A DNA stretch of 64,000 nucleotides, from NCBI GenBank assembly GCA_022791255.1, contig JAAVYR010000003.1, forward strand, positions 14,634 through 78,633, in the 5' to 3' direction. This document shows, in pieces, positions 58,278 through 64,000 of this stretch. This DNA comes from Peptococcaceae bacterium. GTDB lineage: Bacteria > Bacillota > Dehalobacteriia > UBA4068 > JAAVYR01. Each line of letters begins with the position of its first letter. Within the stretch, counting starts at the first letter, position 1. The translations under genes and the position numbers were made by a program. The notes beneath the pieces were generated by a model. The model did not search any database. It saw only the letters and a program-made list of their open reading frames with translations, and was not told the origin of the DNA.

Positions 58278-59498
58278 TCATCTCATCATCATGGTAATAT
58301 TCCCCATCGCAACTAAAAGAGAGATGGTAAAAAAGAATAGTATCCCCGTCGCTACCAGCACCGCAAATACCAATAACAAAGAATTGCCGATACCGCTTAC
58401 AGCTGCAGCTAATCTTTCATCACCCAGGGGCTGCAATAACGCACCAATGAGCCGATACACCATAGCCATCACCAATACTTTGATGGCAGGCAGCGCACAC
58501 AAAAGAAAAATAGCAATAATCCCAATAAGCCCAATACCATTTTTCAAAAGCAAGGAAGTGCCCAAGATACCGTCTAAAGCGTCTGCCAGAGAACGACCGA
58601 TAACTGGAACAAAGGTACCTGTAGCCATTTTTGCCGCCTTCATGGTTAAGCCATCAATGCTAGAGGCCCCAACACCTGCAATACCCAATAATCCTAAAAA
58701 TACTGACATGGTAATGCCTAATAGACCCAACGCAATATCTTTACCTAAAGCAGATAGCTTTTCTAAATTAAACCGAGGTGAGATGTAACTAATTACCTTT
58801 AGCACCGTCGCAAAGTAAATCAAAGGAAAGATAAAGCGACGAATAAGCAACATTGCCATAGAAAGACCTGCTAACACCAAAGGATGAACAATCGATACCG
58901 AGGTCACCCCGCCAAGGCTAGCAAGGAGCGTCATCATTAGCGGCACGAGCGCATAGAACAAATCTGACATTCCCGTGACAGCTGTTAGCGCCGTATCACT
59001 AGCCGAACGAAAAGAAGTGAGGGTAATCGCAATAAAAGCCAAGTAAACAATGGCATGAGTCAGCCCCGCCACACTACCTTGTAAAAAATTAGAAGAGAGC
59101 ATTTGTAACATTATTGCCACAATGGCCACCACAATGAGCTGAGTAAAGAGCTTTCGATTTTTATTTACCTCTTGAAATGCTACTGCCAGCAATTGCCTAC
59201 CTATTTCCTTTATATCCAGGTGAAAGTCCCCTGCCTTGATTTGCTGCCAGATACGGTCCAGGTGAAACTCCTCTAATTCCCCATCAAAGGCATGGTCTAT
59301 CTCCCCTAAAAGCTCTTCTAATCCACTTAAATCAATGACTTCATCAATGGTTTTTCCAGTCTCCGCATAGCACATCTTAGGATAACAAATACATAGCAAA
59401 CACATAACAACTAGACATATGCCAAGCCATGGCCATTTTTTTTGCTTACCAGAAAAATCACTGCTATTAACAGTATTTGCCACAGTTGCCATCGTCAT
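58278..59498 (-). CDS. spoIIIAE: Stage III sporulation protein AE
   Basis: Polytopic membrane protein with FVPVIG, LLKNGIG and LQPLGD motifs. Confidence 0.93.
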   Translation of the reverse strand: MTMATVANTVNSSDFSGKQKKWPWLGICLVVMCLLCICYPKMCYAETGKTIDEVIDLSGLEELLGEIDHAFDGELEEFHLDRIWQQIKAGDFHLDIKEIGRQLLAVAFQEVNKNRKLFTQLIVVAIVAIMLQMLSSNFLQGSVAGLTHAIVYLAFIAITLTSFRSASDTALTAVTGMSDLFYALVPLMMTLLASLGGVTSVSIVHPLVLAGLSMAMLLIRRFIFPLIYFATVLKVISYISPRFNLEKLSALGKDIALGLLGITMSVFLGLLGIAGVGASSIDGLTMKAAKMATGTFVPVIGRSLADALDGILGTSLLLKNGIGLIGIIAIFLLCALPAIKVLVMAMVYRLIGALLQPLGDERLAAAVSGIGNSLLLVFAVLVATGILFFFTISLLVAMGNITMMMR

Positions 59499-59533
59499 CT
59501 GCTTCCCCTTTCTTGGTCCGAGTATGTATCGCC

Positions 59534-59926
59534 TTAGTTTAGGATTTGGATGATAGACTCTAATACCGACATCATAATCGGCACCGCCAAAGCCATGACG
59601 CCGATTTTTGCTGCCATTTCTATTTTGGCAGCCAGTGCGTTTTGCCCCGCATCACGGCATATTTGCGCTGCAAACTCACTAACATAAGCAATTCCTAACA
59701 CCTTAAACACCGTAAAAAGATAGCCCTGATTTAAGGCCGCATAATCTGCCAGCTGCGCAAAAATCCGTATTACCTCAGCTAACTGCGGTAATACCTTCAA
59801 AAAAATAATAGCACCAGTTGCCAGCACCACCATAACCCCTAAGACCGGCAACTTACTTTCATTCATAAATACACCAGCCACAGCCCCAATAAGCGCCAGC
59901 ACAATCACTCCCATGATTTGTTCCAT
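59534..59926 (-). CDS. spoIIIAD: Stage III sporulation protein AD
   Basis: KVLGIAYVSEFAAQICRDAGQNALAAKIE motif. Confidence 0.94.
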   Translation of the reverse strand: MEQIMGVIVLALIGAVAGVFMNESKLPVLGVMVVLATGAIIFLKVLPQLAEVIRIFAQLADYAALNQGYLFTVFKVLGIAYVSEFAAQICRDAGQNALAAKIEMAAKIGVMALAVPIMMSVLESIIQILN

Positions 59927-59948
59927 ATATCCACCCCGCACCAGGCCC

Positions 59949-60152
59949 TTAATACAGCTTAAATACTGACTGTACCTGGGTAAAAAGCTGCTGCACAACT
60001 GGAATTACCTTCAAAAGGGCAAGAGCCAGTCCGACGATTAAGGTAAGATAGGCATACTCATCCCGTCCTGCCTGCTTTAAGAAGGTATGGAGGATGGTCA
60101 CCGCAATAGCAAGCCCTGTTAAAAAGAAAATAATTTCACCATCTATCATCAT
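59949..60152 (-). CDS. spoIIIAC: Stage III sporulation protein AC
   Basis: LHTFLKQAGRDEYA...LFTQVQSVFKL motif. Confidence 0.92.
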   Translation of the reverse strand: MMIDGEIIFFLTGLAIAVTILHTFLKQAGRDEYAYLTLIVGLALALLKVIPVVQQLFTQVQSVFKLY

Positions 60153-60176
60153 TTCACACTCCTTTATGTACATGAC

Positions 60177-60698
60177 CTATAACAATAACAACACCAGCAT
60201 ACCGCCGCCGCACCAACCCAATACTTGCCATACCTTTTCCATTTTCAGCCGTTCTTCATGGGCGAGTCTTTCCTGTTCCTGGAGCCGCAAAACAATGAGC
60301 TGCAGCTTCTTCACTTGTTCCCTGCTATAGCTTAAGCCCAGCTCACTGCCGATGGTTCTAACCACCGCCATATCCTCTTGCCTCAGGGATAATGCAGACG
60401 CCGATTTTCCTAAAGCATGCAGCCATATTACAGACAAGGTATCACCTGTTTGCTGCAATAGAGCTCTACCAACTGCCTCACAAATATCCCCTACTGGAAA
60501 GCCTATTCGCTCGCTGCTATCCATAAATATTTGCGGCAGTGGCGTTTGTCCGTAACTAATTTCTGTTTCCATACGATGACACAGCTGCAAGAAATCCTGC
60601 AGCTGCTGCTCTCGCTTGCGAAGAGCCTGCCCCTTTTGCAGCCCAAACACAACACAAGCGCCTAAAACGACCAAGCTGCCTAACCATTTCAGCCACAT
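60177..60698 (-). CDS. spoIIIAB: Stage III sporulation protein AB
   Basis: LKWLGSLVV...G, ETEISYGQTPL and C-terminal LGWCGG TM helix. Confidence 0.92.
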   Translation of the reverse strand: MWLKWLGSLVVLGACVVFGLQKGQALRKREQQLQDFLQLCHRMETEISYGQTPLPQIFMDSSERIGFPVGDICEAVGRALLQQTGDTLSVIWLHALGKSASALSLRQEDMAVVRTIGSELGLSYSREQVKKLQLIVLRLQEQERLAHEERLKMEKVWQVLGWCGGGMLVLLLL

Positions 60699-61747
60699 TG
60701 CAGTTCCTCCTCGATTAATTGAAACGCCCGATCATAAACAGCCTCTATGGTTCCAATGCCCAGCCGCTTGGAAAGCACAATATAGCGGTCAAAGGGCATG
60801 GTTTGCAAAAACGAATGAAAAGCTTTTCTTGCCAATACCCCCTGCAAACTGCTTCCATGAGCAGAGGCTACCACCGCCACTCCGCAGCTGCACAAATCGT
60901 GGATAGCCTCACAATCCGCCTCATTACTAATTTCATCCGTAACCACCACATCATGGCCCATGACCCGCAAAAACAACTCCATACCTATTTCCTTTGGCAC
61001 TCCGCTTAAAATATCTGTACAAGGTCCTAAGTTTAATTGTGGTATCCCCAGAAAGCTGCAGCCGATTTCCGAACGCTCATCTATAACGCCTACCTGAAGG
61101 CAGCTGCCGCCATAGCCTTCACTGAAATTTTTAGCCACATCACGCAACATGGTAGTCTTACCACAGCCAGGAGGACCGATAAATAAAGCACTTTGCACCT
61201 GTCCCTGTTGGAAAAGATAGGGCATCACACGATGACTAACCCCCGGCAAACTCCTAGCGAGGCGCATATTCAAGCTGGAAATATCCTTCATGGTCTGCAA
61301 ACAACCATCCTTGAGTACACCTTTCCCGGCAAGTCCCACTCGGTGTCCCCCAGGAATGGTAATAAAGCCATGCTGAAATTCCTGTTCCAACGCATAGAAA
61401 GAGTGATGGCTAATCAGCAATACCGTATCGTGAAGCATTTTTTCCGTCACCAGAAAATCACTCTGCCGCCAGTCCATTACCAGTTCCTTCCCACAAAAAA
61501 AGAAAGGTCTGCCTGCTAACATTAGCATAAGCGGCTGTCCAATGCGCAAGCGGATTTCTTGTAGATGCCGCCAAATATCAGAAGATAACCCTTCCAATGC
61601 AGGCCGCAGGTCTTCGCTGGCATAACTGCAAATGGTTTTTTTGATTAAACAGATTTCACTTTCTGGCAAAGAAAGTTTGTCCTTGGGAAGAAAATCCTTT
61701 GCCATCGCTAAGGTCTGCTTTATTTCTAAGTTATCTCCATGTTTCAT
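60689..61747 (-). CDS. spoIIIAA: Stage III sporulation protein AA (ATPase)
   Basis: EIRLR, GFITIPGGHRVG, GPPGCGKTTMLRD, DERSEI and TDEI motifs. Confidence 0.95.
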   Translation of the reverse strand: MKHGDNLEIKQTLAMAKDFLPKDKLSLPESEICLIKKTICSYASEDLRPALEGLSSDIWRHLQEIRLRIGQPLMLMLAGRPFFFCGKELVMDWRQSDFLVTEKMLHDTVLLISHHSFYALEQEFQHGFITIPGGHRVGLAGKGVLKDGCLQTMKDISSLNMRLARSLPGVSHRVMPYLFQQGQVQSALFIGPPGCGKTTMLRDVAKNFSEGYGGSCLQVGVIDERSEIGCSFLGIPQLNLGPCTDILSGVPKEIGMELFLRVMGHDVVVTDEISNEADCEAIHDLCSCGVAVVASAHGSSLQGVLARKAFHSFLQTMPFDRYIVLSKRLGIGTIEAVYDRAFQLIEEELQCG

Positions 61748-61776
61748 CGATATCTTTGTCCCCCTTTCTTTTTTCT

Positions 61777-61805
61777 ATATCTATGGGGCTTTGTCCCAAA
61801 ATAGA
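61777..61805 (-). promoter_or_regulatory. Putative SigE-type promoter of spoIIIA
   Basis: TCTATT-14 nt-CATAGATAT; spoIIIA is SigE-dependent in B. subtilis and Clostridia. Confidence 0.55.
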
Positions 61806-61815
61806 ACTTTAAAAC

Positions 61816-61847
61816 AAAAAAAGCAGATGTCTTCTAGACATCTGCTT
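61816..61847 (-). terminator. Intrinsic terminator after the efp and CD1247-like genes
   Basis: AAGCAGATGTCT-AGA-AGACATCTGCTT followed by a T-run on the minus strand. Confidence 0.8.
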
Positions 61848-61868
61848 AAAAACTAAGGATTTTTTTAA

Positions 61869-62378
61869 TTATTTATCGTCTTCATCGTCTGCATCATCGC
61901 AGCCACAGCCGCAACCGCATTCATCATCAACAAAATCGATATCATAGCTGCCGTCATTGACAAAAACAACAGCGTCACAGTTTGGACAAACCACTTCGAT
62001 AATATCTTCATCACTTAAGATATCTTCGCTAAAGCAAACGATTTCATGACAGTTTGGGCACTCTACATCTACATAACCATCCCCGTCATCGTCACAGCAG
62101 CAGTCGCAATCGCAATCATCATCGCAGTCACAGTCGCAGCAGCAATCGCAATCATCATCATAGAAATCTTCTTCTAAATCAGCTAAATCGCTGTCTAATG
62201 CTTCTGCATATTCTTGCAATTCATCCTGACCGTCTTCCAAATCTAAAATAGCGTCTGCCATTTCTTCTAAAACAGCAAGCATTTCGGTAAACAATTTTCC
62301 TTCATTGGTATCAGGAGAAATCTTCATACCTTCTGCCAAACCCTGCAAATATGCAACTTTTGCACCTAAATCTTTCAC
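61869..62378 (-). CDS. CD1247 N-terminal domain protein with zinc ribbon and Cys/Asp-rich tracts
   Basis: KVAYLQGLAEG...EGK N-terminus, IDxDL-like LDSDLADLE, two CPNC motifs; usual position between efp and spoIIIAA. Confidence 0.82.
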   Translation of the reverse strand: MKDLGAKVAYLQGLAEGMKISPDTNEGKLFTEMLAVLEEMADAILDLEDGQDELQEYAEALDSDLADLEEDFYDDDCDCCCDCDCDDDCDCDCCCDDDGDGYVDVECPNCHEIVCFSEDILSDEDIIEVVCPNCDAVVFVNDGSYDIDFVDDECGCGCGCDDADDEDDK

Positions 62379-62427
62379 TAAAATACCCCCTCACATTATA
62401 AATTATTTTGAAAACTTTAATATGGTT

Positions 62428-62985
62428 TTATGCCCGTTCAATGTATTCGCCAGTTTCCGTATTTACACGGATTTGGTCCCCAACATTGACAAAGAATGGT
62501 ACACGAACAATTGCGCCAGTTTCCAAGGTAGCAGGTTTAGAACCACCAGAAGCTGTACCGCCTTTAATACTTGGTTCGGTATCAACAACTTCTAAAGTAA
62601 CTTGTCCCGGAATATCTACCCCAATAATGTTGCCTTGGAAGAACAATACAAAGGCATTCATATTTTCTTTTAAATACTTTACTTTATCGCCCATTTGTTG
62701 TTCGGTAATAGGCAATTGGTCAAAGCTTTCTAAATCCATGAAAATATATGCTTCTCCATCGTTATAGAGATATTGCATTTCTTTTCTCTGCAAATGAGCT
62801 TTCGGCAATTTTTCCCCAGCATTAAAGGTTTTTTCCAAAACATTGCCTGTCCGCACATTTTTTAATTTTGTTCTAACAAACGCAGAACCTTTCCCTGGTT
62901 TTACATGTTGGAAATCCACTACTACATAAGCGTCACCGTCTATTTCCACGGAAACACCAGTTTTAAAATCATTGGTAGAAATCAC
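62428..62985 (-). CDS. efp: Elongation factor P
   Basis: [20 protein letters not shown] and VPFFV motifs; GTG start at 62985. Confidence 0.98.
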   Translation of the reverse strand: MISTNDFKTGVSVEIDGDAYVVVDFQHVKPGKGSAFVRTKLKNVRTGNVLEKTFNAGEKLPKAHLQRKEMQYLYNDGEAYIFMDLESFDQLPITEQQMGDKVKYLKENMNAFVLFFQGNIIGVDIPGQVTLEVVDTEPSIKGGTASGGSKPATLETGAIVRVPFFVNVGDQIRVNTETGEYIERA

Positions 62986-63047
62986 AAAAATACCCCCTAT
63001 ATATTTAAAATCATATTCATAAACCGTGAAATAATACACTCTTGTCT

Positions 63048-63077
63048 ATTGTACCACACTTTACCAAATATACACAA
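63048..63077 (-). promoter_or_regulatory. SigA-type promoter of efp
   Basis: TTGTGT-18 nt-TACAAT with an extended TG. Confidence 0.55.
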
Positions 63078-63108
63078 CTAAAATTATCCAAAAGTAGTTC
63101 AAAAAAGT

Positions 63109-63136
63109 AAAAAAGAGACTATTTTCATAGTCTCTC
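63109..63136 (-). terminator. Intrinsic terminator after rplS
   Basis: AGAGACTAT-GAAA-ATAGTCTCT followed by TTTTT on the minus strand. Confidence 0.75.
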
Positions 63137-63142
63137 ATTTTA

Positions 63143-63484
63143 CTAACGAATTTCTTTAATTCTTGCGGCTTTCCCCGTTAAGTTCCGTAAATAGTAAAGT
63201 TTTGCGCGACGAACTTTACCTCTGCGGCTTACAACGATTTTATCAATCCGGGGAGAGTGGATTGGGAAAGTTCTTTCTACCCCTACACCATAAGAAACAC
63301 GGCGTACGGTAAAGGTTTCTCTCAAACCACCGCCACGGCGTTTAATCACAACGCCTTCAAAAACCTGGATCCGTTCTCTGTTGCCTTCCACGATTTTAGC
63401 GTGTACCTGCACAGTGTCACCAGGGCGAAACTGAGGAATATCTTGACGCAATTGTTCTTGTTCAATGCTTGCAATAATATCCAT
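63143..63484 (-). CDS. rplS: 50S ribosomal protein L19
   Basis: [26 protein letters not shown] and [12 protein letters not shown] motifs; ATG 63484 behind AAGGAGG. Confidence 0.98.
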   Translation of the reverse strand: MDIIASIEQEQLRQDIPQFRPGDTVQVHAKIVEGNRERIQVFEGVVIKRRGGGLRETFTVRRVSYGVGVERTFPIHSPRIDKIVVSRRGKVRRAKLYYLRNLTGKAARIKEIR

Positions 63485-63507
63485 AATGATTATTTCCTCC
63501 TTTCTTC

Positions 63508-63577
63508 TCAAATGTTCATTCTAATCTTTATTCTCCTGCATGTTAAAAAACAATAAGATTACAGCGGAACATTCGTC
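63508..63577 (-). ncRNA. L19 ribosomal protein leader (autoregulatory RNA)
   Basis: Minus strand ACGAATGTTCCGCTGT...ATGAACATTTG matches the Firmicute L19_leader pattern (GAUGUUCCGCUG...AUGARCAUC); inner stem TAATCTT/AAGATTA. Confidence 0.8.
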
Positions 63578-63597
63578 ATACCTAAAACAACATTAGC

Positions 63598-63626
63598 ATT
63601 CTACCATAACAAAACCATAAAATCAA
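63598..63626 (-). promoter_or_regulatory. SigA-type promoter of rplS
   Basis: TTGATT-17 nt-TAGAAT with an extended TG; the -35 overlaps the upstream stop codon. Confidence 0.65.
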
Positions 63627-64000
63627 CTATTATTTTCTTTGTTTTCTCTAGCATTAGACTCTCCCATCAGTCGGTCTAGGATAATGGAAACAGCACTGCG
63701 CACCGAGAGATGATTATATTCCCTTGCCCCATAAATAGGTCGCAACACATAGTCTGCCCGGGCAAGAAGTTCATCTGTCAGTCCCCATCCAGTGCCAAAG
63801 ACTAGGAGGTAGTTACCACCCACTTCCCCCATGGTATCCCGCATCTCCCTATAAGGCACCATTCCCTCTTGCACATTGGCAGTGGTACAAATGATTTTTG
63901 GTCTTTCCCCATATTCACTAACAATAGCCGCTTCTGCATCTTCCAAAGTTTTCATGATTGCCACTCGGTCTAATGCATTATGACGGTCAGGATTATAGCT
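63623..64000 (-). CDS. SPOUT-family RNA methyltransferase (TrmD-associated; 3' part, runs off the window end)
   Basis: Open frame to the window edge: SYNPDRHNALDRV...LLVFGTGWGL...YNHLSVRSAVSIILDRL, the signature of the family encoded between trmD and rplS. Confidence 0.85.
   Translation of the reverse strand, partial: SYNPDRHNALDRVAIMKTLEDAEAAIVSEYGERPKIICTTANVQEGMVPYREMRDTMGEVGGNYLLVFGTGWGLTDELLARADYVLRPIYGAREYNHLSVRSAVSIILDRLMGESNARENKENNS

Noticed and set aside
1-64000. CRISPR arrays, tRNA/rRNA genes, prophage, integrase/transposase or defence systems
   Set aside because: No repeat-spacer periodicity, no tRNA cloverleaf or rRNA signature, and no recombinase, transposase or phage ORFs were seen; intergenic gaps are all under about 300 bp.

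Overview
A 64-kb core-chromosome segment from an endospore-forming anaerobic Firmicute (Clostridia; the two-subunit GlyQ/GlyS synthetase and gene order suggest a Peptococcaceae-like lineage, which is inference). Every gene I can support is on the minus strand. In transcription order (right to left): SPOUT methyltransferase (partial), rplS with an L19 leader, efp, a Cys/Asp-rich CD1247-like gene, spoIIIAA-AH, asp23-amaP-DUF2273-nusB, a TsaD paralog, then a ~15-kb energy block (Sporomusa-type Nfn transhydrogenase stnABC; apbE with EetA-like and EetB-like genes; rnfCDGEAB; two orphan exported proteins). It continues with xseA-xseB-ispA, leuS, comEA-comEC-holA, rpsT, spoIIP, murJ, lepA, hemW, hrcA-grpE-dnaK-dnaJ-prmA (perfect CIRCE), rsmE-mtaB-hinT, rpsU, nfeD-floA-yqfB, yqfC-yqfD, phoH-pgpH-ybeY-era-recO, DUF4342 and glyQ-glyS (partial). 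I found no CRISPR array, tRNA, rRNA, prophage or transposase. Best leads: (1) the Stn + flavin-delivery + Rnf block inserted between the tsaD paralog and xseA; (2) a short glyQS leader with a terminator-like hairpin but no T-box, a candidate undescribed cis-regulatory RNA; (3) a covarying REP-like repeat pair bracketing spoIIP where gpr is missing and rpsT is co-oriented. All calls come from motif recognition by eye, and no database searches were run.
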